Shown here one piece after another: positions 24,229 through 36,749 of a stretch of 64,000 nt of DNA. The notes beneath the pieces were generated by a model. That model ran no database searches and had not been told where the DNA came from. It saw only the letters and a list, made by a program, of their open reading frames with translations. Source of the DNA: Psammoneis japonica (lineage: Eukaryota); assembly GCA_008632985.1 (NCBI GenBank), contig QPGO01000145.1, positions 1 to 64,000 of the forward strand. The letters run 5' to 3'. Within the stretch, counting starts at the first letter, position 1. The number at the start of each line of letters is the position of its first letter. The position numbers and the translations under genes were made by a program.

Positions 24229-27200
24229 TGCAGCATGCGACTCAATCGTGCCACAGTTGTGGATGCGTGCTGCGAAGGACAGAACAATCACACAGAGTTG
24301 ATCGGAAGTCAAAAATCGCAAACACGATCAATGGATGATGTTGACATCTTGTGTGTCAATGCCAATCGTGTTTGGACCATCTGTTGTCACGATCATGTTC
24401 TCCAAAAGGCCTTTTGTCTGTAGAAGCAGCACAGAAGCTTTGGGCCATTGAGAACTCATTCGGAGAAACCAAAAATCAAAGAGCAAAATTTAATCTCATA
24501 ATTTTCACTTTTCGAACTTCATTCTACTTTCGTTCACACTCGTTCTTAGAGCACAGTGCACTGTGCATGCACACCACAGAAGGTAAAAGCATGGAAAATG
24601 AAAATTTCAACTAATGTGCCTTTGCAAATTCATCTATAAACAGGAACGAATCGCGTCAGTTCTGCTGGAATCGATTTCCGAGCGGAAGAAGCTCAACCCA
24701 AGCAGCACCTCAAGATGGAACGCTGTTTTTTGTCTGCCAAATGACAAGATTTGTTCCAATGCGACCCATTCCAAGCACCTCAGGATCAAGGGCTCTACAA
24801 GTGCGCCGCATTGTCCAAATGCCTGCACCAAGTCATGGTTGGAGAGAATGTCAAGTCCTGAGTCAATGTGGTCCAAGAAATGCGTCCACCATGCAAGGAG
24901 AGACTGTTGGAGAGTCTTTTGAGACCAAATCGAAGAGCCTTGAGTCCACAGAGCAAGAGGGAACCATTGAAAAGTACCTCGAGTGTCTCACAACTCATGT
25001 CCTCCGAGCAAATGCACTCCAGAATCAGAAAAATTATCTTTGAGACGATCTGAAGAAACCAGAGCAGCTTGACAGCAAGAAAGCCTCTGACAGACCCAAG
25101 AGGTCAATGATGAGCGTCCACACAACCCTCAAATCGATTCTAAGTCAAATCTAGTGGGAAACCGAGTGCTGATTTATCAGCTGTCACTCGCACCACAAGG
25201 ATGGCAGCATCAGCCTGCTGTCCAAAACATTGAACCATCGGAAATGCCCTTGATGAGCTGATTGAGGTTTGAGTGGTCTGGAGGTCGGCAAGGACGTCTG
25301 TGACAAAAAAACATGTTAAATCAGGCTCTGACAGTGCAGTTGATTCCAAAACCAAAATGGCTCCAAATTTGGTTCCAAAAATGGTCTCCCACATGGCACC
25401 AGAATAATCCAAAGTGAACAAAAGGTCCAATCTTTGAAAAAAGAATGCCCACATCACGGATTAAAGCCATTCTGAAAATGAACCAGCAAAAGAATGCTGT
25501 GGACACTGTGAACATGATCCAAAACAGTGCAGTTCAAATGGCAATCGCGTGTGGTCGCGTCGCGATGACGACAATGCCGTCCGCAAAGAAGAGTTGAATG
25601 CTGTGGTGGTCCAAGCAGTTCAAAATGACACTCAAAGCAAGTTCTTCAAACAAAGATGAAAAGCGCAAGAGCAAAAATTAAGACTCTAAAATGCTTGACA
25701 AATGAAACTGTCAATTTAGAAAAATTGACCCGATCAAGTCCGATCAAAGATTTGCACTGATCGAGGAGCATGGCGCACTGCAGGACATCTGGAAACCCAG
25801 AAAAAGCATCACAGCATGTCATGCTAGTCCTGTTGTCGCTGTCCACATGACTGCTTCTCAGAGAAAAGCAAAAACAAGCTTCTGAGTGTTCTTCTTGACA
25901 AAGAACATCGTCAGCCCATGATTTTGCGCAAAATCATGCGAAAGTTGAGAACCAAAATGTCCGCCACCAAAAACTTGGGAAGCCAAGGGTGAGCTCTTTA
26001 CGACTGACAGCAAAACCCGAGTTCAGTTCTCACTGTGCGAATTTAAGACTCAATGATGTTCAAACAGTGTGTGTCGACACACAAAATCTTCTTCAAGGTC
26101 AGATGGTGTGATCATGGGATGCGACTCAATGTCCAGTCTTGCAATCATGTTAGACTGCGCAATTGAAGAAATCAAATGGGAATGAAAAGCAATTGCCCTG
26201 TGAAGAATGTTGATGCACTCTTTGATGCAGAAATGTTCCAGCTGAATGCCGATCACATTGAAAAATGTGTTGCGGTGAATGGAGTTAACAACGAGACCAA
26301 TGGTTGTTGACTCACATTGTCACGCCATTGACTCTAATCAAGTGACAGCTGCAGCAATGCATCTGACCCAAAAGAAAACACATCATACAAACACTTTTCA
26401 TGGAGGCGAGCAAGATCAAAAATGCTCATGTCACAAGGAAAAAATCGCCTCATTTGGGGATGGTTGGGAAAAAAATCTGTGACAGATTGGCACACATTGT
26501 GTGCACCTGCTTCACATTGGCAAAAAAAGACAATCTCACAGCACCCGCATGGTTGTAATGTACAATGTACGAGGCAAGACACAAACAACGTCACATGAGA
26601 TGTGCCAAAGATTCAAAAACAAACACAAAAATGGACATTTTCATCCACATGGTGCACGAAAGCAGTGCCTTCGGAATGGCAAAATAACACCGGTGTGTCA
26701 AAAAGAAACGTCCAAATGACAATCAAAATCCAAGGGAAAGATGGTTGAAGCAACAAAGAAATCCATAAAGGAACTCATGACCATCCCAGGATTGTCAAGA
26801 CGAAATGGTCAGAAAATGTCCTTGACCATCATCAATCACTTGCGACACGTGGAAGTGCAGGCAGAGCAACATGGCACATAAAGCAAGCCAGCCAGAACTG
26901 CATGAAATCCACAAGCGAGTGAATGCCACAATTAAGAGCGCACTTTAAGCACTGGGCACAATGGCATGTACAATCAATGTCATAAAAGACGCTGCAGGAG
27001 ATTGAGTCCTTGTGTTCATGTCAACAAAGAACGTCAATGAGAACACCCAACGCAATGCCACACACACACATGTCAAGTGAGAAACAAACAATGTCACTCT
27101 CAAAAGACATTCGGAAATCGTAATGGCCCCACATGGCTCACACAAAACAACAACAGTCAGTCATTGCCAATGGTGCAATGCAGTGAATGTGCAGACATTG

Positions 27201-27636
27201 TTGACACTGTCAACATCCGTCGAACAATCCACTTGACAAATGACTCTAATGTGCAATCAGTGAGGCGAGTGCAGCACGCGACTGTTGTGTGCATGTGTGT
27301 GATTGCACATTGTTTGCACGTCAATCGTGCCACAGTCGTGGATGCGTGCAAAGGACAGAATGATCACACAGAGTTGATCGGAAGTCGAAAATTGCAAATG
27401 CGATTGACAGATGATGTTGACATCTCATGTGTCAATGCCAATTGCATTCGGACTGTCTGTTGTCACGATTGCATTCTCCGAAAGGCCTTTTGTCTGTGGA
27501 AGCAGTGCAGAAGCTTCAGGCCATTGAGAACTTGTTCGGAGAAACCAAAAATCAAAGAGCAAAATGTAATCTCACAATTTTCACTTTTCGAACTTCACTC
27601 TACTTTCGTTTGCACTCGTTCTTTGAGCACAGTGCA
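24229..27636. mobile_element. 3.4-kb insertion bounded by 330-370 bp direct repeats (LTR-like, TG...CA), nested in the copia gag
   Basis: 24229-24560 matches 27270-27636 (second copy has about 39 extra nt); GGGG on both outer sides; no recognisable internal domain. Confidence 0.65.
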
Positions 27637-28761
27637 GGGGGGTTGTCAAGTGCTGACAACTGCTCCAACACTTTGGATGTGGTGGGACAGGCAACAAAGC
27701 TGCCAGCACCCAAAGAAAGACACAATGCAAGAGGCAAAAGCTGGAGGTTTGAGAGCAAGTGCTGTCAGTGCAGAAAGGTTGGCCACCAAAAGAAATTTTG
27801 TTGGCAGCAGAACTGGAAGAGTGCAAGCAAGGTGTCTCAGCAGCACAAAGACAAGATGGCGCTGGGAGGGAGCTGATGTGGATGAATTTTTGATGATGAG
27901 CACATGCAGCTGGAGTTTCCCAAGTCAGCAAAGCTGCTGCATCATGGACCCATGTGCATGGGCCCTGGGCAGCAGATGCAGGAGCAAGTGTGGGCAGCAC
28001 CTGTTGCAAAGCATGGGAGCAAAGACAGAACATGAAGATGTCAGTGACCAACAATGAGGTGCTGATGAACAGCAGCTAAGCCAAGCCAGCTGCAAAGATG
28101 GCAGTTGATCTCCCTGGCACATTGTGTGACAAGTGTGGCAAGGAGGAAGGTGTGGTGAGAATGTGGAGCACAAAAGTCATTCCTGAGTGCTGCAAGTTTG
28201 ACCTGCTCATCATCATGAAACAACAAAAGCAAGGGTGCAAATTGACGGGCAACAACAATGCCACATGGATCACAAAATGGGGTGCAAGGTGGTGTTCAAC
28301 ATCAAGGTTGAAACCAAGGAAGGCCCCATTTCTGCCAAGCACATGAAATGGCAAAATGACCAAGTGGGCAACATTGGAACAGATGGACCCAAGACAATGT
28401 GTGACAAAGCACCAAGGCACATTCATTGTTGGGCCATGTGTCACAGTGAAGCACTTGAGTGATGGCCAAGCACTGTGGTGTGATCCCATGCACCACTTTT
28501 CTATGCAAGCACCCACTGGCAGCCCCTGCGTGTGTTTCCATGCATGCTCTTGCACTGATGATGTCGCCCTTTTCAGACGGCATTTTGCCAAGTCCCCCTT
28601 CAACCTTTTGGCCCCTTCTGCCATTGGTGCACCCTTTTATCTCCATGATGTGCAATGATTTTCAGTGGAAAATGACTGGCATTGACACCTTGTGGTTCGC
28701 ATGCTTGTTGTCTTGTTTGGCAATTTTTTGCGGATTCGGTGCAATTTCTACACAGAATCCA

Positions 28762-29156
28762 GACACGTTCCAGACGTAGGTGGGAATCCGTGTGACATTG
28801 GGCCCGTAGACTTCTACGTGCGAGCTCCGTAATAAAATTATACGGTAATTAAAATGTCAATGATCGCCAACAGAAAATGAGGCAATTTTGCGAACGCACA
28901 AACTCACCCATGATTGAAGTACATCATTTTTTACTTAGCCAGTTACATTCTTCAGACATTGAAGAATGTAACTGGCGCATTATTGTTTCTATAAATTCGT
29001 TATATAAAACGTCTGGGGCTTCGCAAAACAGCGAGTCTGGACAATTTTTTTAAATATCACACGTAGAAATCTACGTGCGAAACATACGATGGATGATAAA
29101 AATTATTGATGTCACACGTCAGTACTACGAGCTCCCACCTAGGGCTGGAACGCGTC
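28762..29156 (+). mobile_element. 395-bp MITE-like element, copy 1, TSD TCCA
   Basis: Imperfect TIR GACACGTTCCAGACGTAGGTGGGA / TCCCACCTAGGGCTGGAACGCGTC; TCCA at 28758-28761 and 29157-29160. Confidence 0.9.
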
Positions 29157-32100
29157 TCCAGTGCAAATTCCATGTGCTTTGGAAACACACACCAACTGTC
29201 ATTGCGTCTTCATTGTGATCAACTTCCTTCTGTGCCCAAAAGCCCCCAACAATTTCTTTTGCTTCTGCTGGCTGCTCAACTTCTTCACCTCATGTGGCGA
29301 AAGTGCTGTCCCTGTTGTGGTGTCCATGAGTGTTCGCATGGACAAACCATCGGCATCACCTGATGACCATCCATTTGCTGCACGGATTGGCATTTCTGTG
29401 CAAGATTCAGTGTCAGCAATTCTACGTGAGAACAACATTTCTTCCAACAACCTTCTCGTCACATCACCAAGACTTCCTGTTTCATCCTTGCAAGTCCCGA
29501 ACATCCCCTTTTCTGCTTGCTGGCCTGCCAAGATCACTGTTCCAAGCAGTGAATTGCGTGCTTTTGTTCTGGTCCACACAAATGTGAAATTCAGTCAGTC
29601 TTTGTTGAAAACAAGATTCTCCCTCAGAAGCAAAGATTTTCTCCTAGAGTTTGCGCTGACTTTGAATTCTCTGCTTGACGATTGTTCTTCGCTGTGGCAG
29701 CTGAGGTGCATTGAATCCTCTTTGAAAGAAAGCAATGATCTCACTCTGGTGCAATTTCTCCTTGACCCTTTGTCTCTGGTGCACATTGCTGCAAAGTGGC
29801 ACGTTGACCGACTGATCGCACGATCTTCTGCCACACCCCTCACAGGGTGTGCTGGAAGTGTTTGGTTTTTTTGTGATCCCACGCACCAATCTGAAATTTG
29901 GCACCATTTTCAAGAGCAAGAGCAGCCCAGTGGAGCCCACTTGTGAACAATGGCACAAGCAAAAGAAGCAAGGGACAATTGTTTTTTTTTAAGTCCACAT
30001 GTGGATGCAATGCTGATGGTGAGAGTCAGAAGCTGGAGAAATGGTCTGACAGTGAGGGTTTGAAAATTGGAAAATGAGGGTCAATTGTGAGCACACAGCA
30101 CACCATGATGCACCAAGCATGACAAAGTTATTTGGCCGAGCTTGCTGTCACAACTCTGGCAAACTGTGGGGCATGCCATGATGCAAACAGCATGTTGTCT
30201 GAACACAAGCACTGCCAAGTGTTCCTTGAGGATTTTAAAGGCCATCAAGCTCTTGATGGGTTGACAACAGCAAAACCTGAATGGGAAGACAGCAGCACAC
30301 AACACATGAGTGTGTCTTTGGTGAAAATCCAAAATTTGCAAAACACTGGCCTTCGCACCTGGGGAGAGGCTGGGACAGTTGACAGCAAGAAAAAGCACAT
30401 CTCCTGAGGCAGTGGATCACAAGGAGCAGCCTGCATGACAGCGTGGTGCTGCTGGACAAATCATGAATGATGGTTGTTGTCATGAAATGTCACATCCTCA
30501 GTGAAACATCATTTGCAATGATCACAATGTGATTTGGCCACAGCACATGTGTTGTTTGATGGCTGTGATCATTGACAAGAATGAGCAACCCATGCCAGAC
30601 ATCAGCTGCTCCCCAGAAGTTGAAGCAAGAGAGAGCAATGACAAAGATGCCCCCCAACTGTGTGTCAGATGCTGCTGCAAAAGCAATGCAGGCAATCAGA
30701 ACCTTGAAGTTGATGAGGGAGAGAGTGCCAGCACTCTGACAACTGCAGGGTCTGGATGTGCAGCAGGGCCATCTTCACATCTGGATGATTGTGAGAGACC
30801 AGAGTGCTGTTGGGAGTGGATCAGCATGAGATTGAACTGACACCAACAGCAGCAAGATTCTGTTGGCAGGTGTGAGAGTGGAGCAAGTGACCATTGTTCA
30901 CAGCTGCTGCTCCATGTGCTGCCCATGTTGAAGAAGTGGAGCTCATGTGGTTGGCACTTGGTGGCAGATTTGAGCACATGAGCAAATTCTTGAAAGTGAT
31001 GAATTGTTTCAAGGTGGTGGCAATGCCTGACAAGCAAGCCACACCAGAAGGGCACAGAAGACAAAGAGCATCACAAGATGCCTGCACTGCATTTGAGCCA
31101 GTGCCACAAGAGGAAGTGTGTGAGAAGCAAGACCCAAAGGTGCTGTGACACTGACCTGAGCCCTGAAAAAAGAAGCCAAGTGGAGATTTCCATGCAAGGA
31201 TCAGCACGTGAGAATGCAAGCAAGTTGACAGCAAGCATGGTGACAAAGACAACAAGGCTGTGCCAGCAGCAAATGACAATCACAGTGAGAACAACATTGG
31301 TGCTTGTTGTGGCTGTGTTGCTGAGGAGGCCTTGCAATGTGGATTGAAACAAGAAGCTGTTCAGCACTGGAGAAAGATGGTGCAAGCACTCAAGTTCATG
31401 CCCATGCTTGGAGAAAGGCAAATCTGTGCCCCCATGCTTCCTGTGGGTGGGTCACAAGATCATGATGTGGCTCACACATGGGTGGAAAATTGCCTTGTGC
31501 AGTCAAGCAAAAAAGTGATGAGGAAGTTGTGCAGAGTCAAGGAACAATGTGTCCAAACTGTTTGACTGTGACAACTCTCAAGAGAGCTCAAGGAACATGT
31601 TGAATGCAAAGTTGATGCACAGCAGTGTGTGCAAGGCTCACTCAGCCAGCTGTGCAATGCAAAGCTTTGAAGATGAGTTTGGCTTGGACACTGTGGGACA
31701 TGAGCCACCACCACACACACAGCCACACCAGCAGCAGAGGTGGGCCTGCAGCACTCAAGAAAGGGGATGAGAACAACATGCTGCCAAAGAAAGAGCTGAG
31801 GGGCAGTGCCAGTCTGGCATTGAAAAGCTGCTGCAGATGATGCAATGGACACCACAGCACAAGTTCCTGAAAGCAGCATGCAAGGCATCAAGTCATGTGC
31901 GCGCAACAGGTCCAAGGTGCTTCACTTTGCAATGCTGTGTTGCAGCAGAGAATTGTGGGCTGCTCATGAAACCTTGTGGCACATGGGATGGCCATGGACC
32001 TGTTTTTGAGTTTGAAGTGGAAGGCAAGAGCGCGACAGCAAGCGCGCCAAGGAAGAGACATGACACACAGCATCAATTGTTGGTGTTGGCATTTTTCAAG

Positions 32101-32611
32101 GAACACCTGCCAGCATGCAAAGGAGTGAGATGGCGCCCATTGCTGCGCAATTGGCAACCAAAGCAAAATTTTTCTCTGCTGCTCAGCAGCATGCTCAGGA
32201 TGTGCTGTTTTCAACGAGGGCACTCAGCCACACTGGGGCTTGAAAGGTGAAGCCACTGGCAGCAATGGCAGAGGCTGACAATGAAGGAGCAAAGGGCTCA
32301 GCAAACAATTGGTTGCTTGGAGAGCACACAAGGCACACCAAAGTGAAGCAATGTTTTTCGCACAAATCAAGGGACAGCGGCATTTTGTTGATCACATCTG
32401 GGCTGGCGGGGCAATCGCACGACACATTTGATGTGTTTGCCAAGAACCCCCAGCTGGGTCCTCATTGTTTGTGAAGCACCCTGAAGCTTTCTCATGGGCA
32501 ACAACAAGTGCATGCAACCCAAAGCTCATGAAAGGAGAGTGTTGGAAGTGGTCAGCCATGAGTCCCGTGTGGACACACACAGTGTGCTGAGTCACCACCA
32601 GCTGAGCTGCG

Positions 32612-33006
32612 GACGCGTTCCAGCCCTAGGTGGGAGCTCGTAGCACTGACGTGTGACACAAATAATTTTTATCATCCATGGTATGTTTCGCACGTACATT
32701 TCTACGTGTGATATTTTAAAAAAATTGTCCAGACTCGCTTTTTGCGAAGCCCCAGACGTTTTATATAACAAATTTATAGAAACAATAATGCGCCAGTTAC
32801 ATTCTTGAATGTCTGAAGAATGTAACTGGCTAAGTAAAAAATGATGTACTTCAATCATGGGCGAGTTTGTGCGTTCGCAAAATTGCCTCATTTTCTGTTG
32901 GCGATCATTGACATTTTAATTACCGTATAATTTTACTACGGAGCTCGCACGTAGAATTCTACGGGCCCAATGTCACACGGATTCCCACCTACGTCTGGAA
33001 CGTGTC
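32612..33006 (-). mobile_element. 395-bp MITE-like element, copy 2 (inverted), TSD TGCG
   Basis: Near-identical reverse complement of 28762-29156; TGCG at 32608-32611 and 33007-33010. Confidence 0.9.
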
Positions 33007-33794
33007 TGCGGAGCTGCAGAGGAGGGTCCTCAGAGAGAGCCAAAGGTCCAAAGTTGGGGCCAGAGCAGCCAGCAAGAGGAGAGTCTGACAACACTTTGGG
33101 AATGAGAAGAACACCAAGAAACCACCATCCTTTTTCAGAGTGGCTGTCTGCCCCCCCCCCCTGTTTTGCCTGTGCCATGATTTTTCCAGTTGTTAGTGTG
33201 GGTTGACACAAGCAACGATGCACGTTTTTGTGGCTGGACTTTCCAAGAATGGCCAGGAACATCTTCTTTGTTTTCAGTCATGCAATGCTTCCTTGCCAAT
33301 TTTGGATTCCGCACAGCTAAAATCGTGTCGTGGTAGCGTGCATAGCATCGTGCGTGCGTTCATGCAACTTCACTTCGTCTGTCATGCGTCGTTGGATCCT
33401 CCACACATCGCGAGCTCGATAGCTCGCGCTCGCAGCGAAAGTGACGTGGTCCTCTCCGTCAGTTCCAAAAAGTGAGTTGGTAGGTGGGCGTTTGCAACTT
33501 GTGTGTGTGAGTTGGTGTTTCGTGGCGGGCATAAGATCTTTGATAACATGTTTATCAAGATGGATACTTTGGTTGAGATGGTTGCACTCGCAACAATTAG
33601 GAAAGCGCAGTCCTCACTTAACGAGCCTGCTGTCAATGTTCTTGACACCAACGCATCTTCTCAAAAATCGTGATGAGTCAATAAAAAAATGTGAGAAGCG
33701 CCAATGGTTAACATCAATCCATGTCAACAAAATTCATCTCATACTTTTCGAAAACGCTATTCGATTTGCATCCACCATCACCGTCTTCACTACA

Positions 33795-34508
33795 ATGTCA
33801 CGTGTTTCACACGCTTCTGCACTCACACTTCAATGCTGGGCTCGATCCACGTTGGCACAACAAGACGCTCAACACATTCGTCTCCAAAACGAAATTGATG
33901 CCGCCGTATCAGCGGCGGCTGAATTGCTCTTGTCGAGCAAGCACTTTTCACTCGATATCAAGCGCATTCGAGTCGAAGTCAAGGTCAACCATGCCATTCG
34001 CAGCACTGCTACAAGACCAACTACACCACCACAAGCTCCATCATCCAAGACTAACGCTACATCCTCTCGAGTCACTCAAGCTGCAGCCACTACGTTACAA
34101 TCATGGGCACGAAGAATGCAGGCACAACGCACTCTCATGAAATTGCAAAAAGAACATCATGCGATTGCTGTGGCACGAATGGAAGCGAACAAGCGAAAGC
34201 TACAGACAACTCGACGCAAAAGAAGCAACAAGACCTTCCACGTCAAGGTGGTTCTTCCCGAGACACCCTCTTTCCTCTACAGACTGCTCGTTTTGTTTAC
34301 ATTTTGCGCCTTTTTGAGCACCAATGTAATGTCATCAAGCCAAATACCATCATCATCACCACTCTACGACTGTCTTGTCCGAACTTACAACCAAAGCTCA
34401 CCATCATTGGTTCAAGATAAGTCTCCACCTTCGCCCAAGCGTATACATCGAATCAAGAGAAAAATAAAGCTGCCACGACGATCCAACAAAAAAGTAACAA
34501 TTAGATGA
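33795..34508 (+). CDS. Putative IQ-motif (calmodulin-binding) protein
   Basis: Two IQ-like motifs SALTLQCWARSTLAQ and AATTLQSWARRMQAQ; start chosen at MSRVS within ORF 33441-34508. Confidence 0.5.
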   Translation: MSRVSHASALTLQCWARSTLAQQDAQHIRLQNEIDAAVSAAAELLLSSKHFSLDIKRIRVEVKVNHAIRSTATRPTTPPQAPSSKTNATSSRVTQAAATTLQSWARRMQAQRTLMKLQKEHHAIAVARMEANKRKLQTTRRKRSNKTFHVKVVLPETPSFLYRLLVLFTFCAFLSTNVMSSSQIPSSSPLYDCLVRTYNQSSPSLVQDKSPPSPKRIHRIKRKIKLPRRSNKKVTIR

Positions 34509-34529
34509 TACACCATTTTAGAGAACTTC

Positions 34530-34875
34530 TGTGTTGTTTTGAATATAATACTGTACAACTTATGAGAGACTACCGAACTCGCTTTTCCCAAAAAGTAATC
34601 CTTCTAGGAACAAGCCGCGTCAACAGCGAATAATCTAGCTGCTAAGAAACTAAACTCTCTCTCTATGCTTTTTTTCATATGCTCGGTGTGAATGAATTCA
34701 ATATGCCCCTGTACAACTCTGAGAGACTAACTGCAGAACTTGCTTTATTCCCAACAAGCCCTACTTCAATGTGTTCAAGCCGCGTCAATAGCGAGTAATC
34801 CAACAGCCGCGAGACGCAACGAACATAACAATAAGAGGAAGAAACTAAACTCTCTTACGTTGTTTTGAATATGCT
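34530..34875. repeat. Imperfect tandem duplication (unit about 160 bp) between convergent genes
   Basis: tgtacaact..tgagagacta, caagccgcgtcaa(c/t)agcga and aagaaactaaactctct each occur twice. Confidence 0.6.
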
Positions 34876-34947
34876 AACTACTATACAGCTTTGAGACTAA
34901 TGAATGAATACAACTTCGTCCTTGCCCCATCATCATCCTCTTTCTCT

Positions 34948-36366
34948 TTACTTGGCCTTGGCAAATCCAATTGTCTTGTCGACATAATTAAAGACAGTAT
35001 AATACTGCCGCATAAAGACATCCCCCAAAATCCACTGCGGTCCAGGGGCGGGAAAGTCCATGCCCATAAAGGCAAAGAGACACGTGTTTTGCGCTTGAAT
35101 GACGGCATCCTTTCCGGGAATGGTGTATTCGTTGCCATCAATGGTAAACACAATATCCGGCATGGACTCCACCTTGGCACAATCAATCGTGTACTCGCCC
35201 AAAATATTGGGTTTGGCACCAACGGCAGCCGCCAATTTGGACACTTCGGACTTGGGGCCCGTCATGAGACTTGTTCCGGAATCGACAATGGCGGTAATGG
35301 TCTCGTCGCCATGATCCTTTTCGTAGGCGCCCGCCTTGACTCCATCGAGCGCAATCTCCCAATACGTGGCGGCATACAACTTGACAAATTGCAAATCACC
35401 TTCAAACTTGGAAGCATCGTACCCCCCAAACGTCAATTCTCCCGGAGCCTCGTTTCCGAGATAAAACGAAAAGACGGGTTGATCCACCACATTTTGTTTA
35501 ATGGCATTCTCAAAGACGGTCGGTGTCTGATCCACCGAAATGGCGGTAAAGCCCAATCCCAAAATACCATCAAATTTGCCCAGCGCATACGCCATGCCCA
35601 AACCACCCGCATCCGCCACTTCGGCAAAACGTTGATGTTGTACCACCAAATCGTCTGCCAAACCAATGCTATCGGACGAAAAGAATCCACTCACACTGCC
35701 ACTCCCATACATGATTTCAAAGTCCGCACCATCCGATTCATACGTCGAACTCCCATCGTGGTCGTACTTGTGTTTACGTCCAAAAATGGGATTGCCACAA
35801 TGGGTACAACCCACCTTGGGGACCCACAAATTGGAACTTCCGGTATCAAAAATGACTTGAAAGTCTTGTGAGGGTGATCCAATCGAGACGGTACCGTAAT
35901 ACTGAGCATTGGCATAATCCTTGATGATTTCATTTTCGGGTCCACGCAACAACTTGCGGCGAGCCGGAATCGAAATGGTTTTGTCTTGAGCTAAAAGTGC
36001 GTTGCGTTCGCGTTCCAAGTGTTGCACAATCATTTCTTCATCGGAACGTTTTTCGAGAGGAATGGTAAAAGTCTTGGCAGCCGCCGCATAATGACCACAA
36101 AAGGCAGCTACGAGTGCAAGAGCTAGTGAATGAATTGAAAAACAAACAAGAAAAATGAGAGAGAGACACGAAAATCATATCATTCGTCATTAGTCGTAGA
36201 ATCTCTACGGAGAAAATATCCATACACAGACTCAACGGATATGCGGTGTCACAGGTGTTTTGATTTTGATTGCAAACACAATTCACTGTCATTCATGTTA
36301 CAACGCTAGCTCATAAAACAACAAACAAACAACACTACTTGACTGATCAGTACCTTGAAACTTCAT
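34948..36366 (-). CDS. Cathepsin D-like aspartic protease (A1 family); 13-nt first exon, intron 36123-36353
   Basis: NAQYYG, FDTGSSNLWVP, IVDSGTS, WILGDVF; splicing gives signal peptide MKFQALALVAAFCGHYAAA. Confidence 0.93.
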
Positions 36367-36749
36367 GGTGAGAGGAGAGTCAGCGATAAGAAGAGGGCTT
36401 TCTCGGAAAAGGAAAAGTGTGAGTAATGAGTAAAAAGAAACACGCAGCGAAAGCTCGTTTCGGTACGATTCAATTTTTTGCTACGTGGAACAATACGAGA
36501 ATACTCGTAGAATTGGATGGTGTGTCTGTATATCTTTTGGTAGAACGTTTCCGTTCCAAATCAATCATATCTTGTGTTGTGATGGCTGCGTGTCAAATCC
36601 CGAACGTCGATCCATCATTGAAATGCCTTTGTGAATGAATAAATTGAATATAAAAAAATGATCAATTCCCGTGCTCGCTTCGCACGTCGCCTTTTTATTT
36701 CCCACAACCTACCGTTCGCTGTGCTCTCCATGAAGTACCATCATCCACC

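Larger units (their letters stand above)
23700..32520 (+). mobile_element. Heavily degenerate Ty1/copia relic(s) with nested insertions
   Basis: Copia domain order: gag-like (about 24000-24228), zinc knuckle CCQCRKVGHQKKFC (about 27760), protease-like region DLPGTLCDK..KVVFNIKVETKEG (about 28100-28320), integrase-like (about 30000-30180), RNase H-like FEFEVEGKS and EADNEGAKGSANNW..TRHTKVKQ ... DVFAKN (32000-32450). Confidence 0.65.

Noticed and set aside
28762..33006. One composite transposon with 395-bp TIRs
   Set aside because: Each copy has its own TIRs and its own distinct TSD; the outer flanks (TCCA vs TGCG) do not match.
20750..33300. Dense Cys/His-rich ORFs on all six frames as novel small proteins
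   Set aside because: By-product of TA loss (no TAA/TAG stops) and TG/CA gain; no coherent gene structure.
34891..35871. 326-aa plus-strand ORF
   Set aside because: Antisense shadow of the aspartic protease gene.
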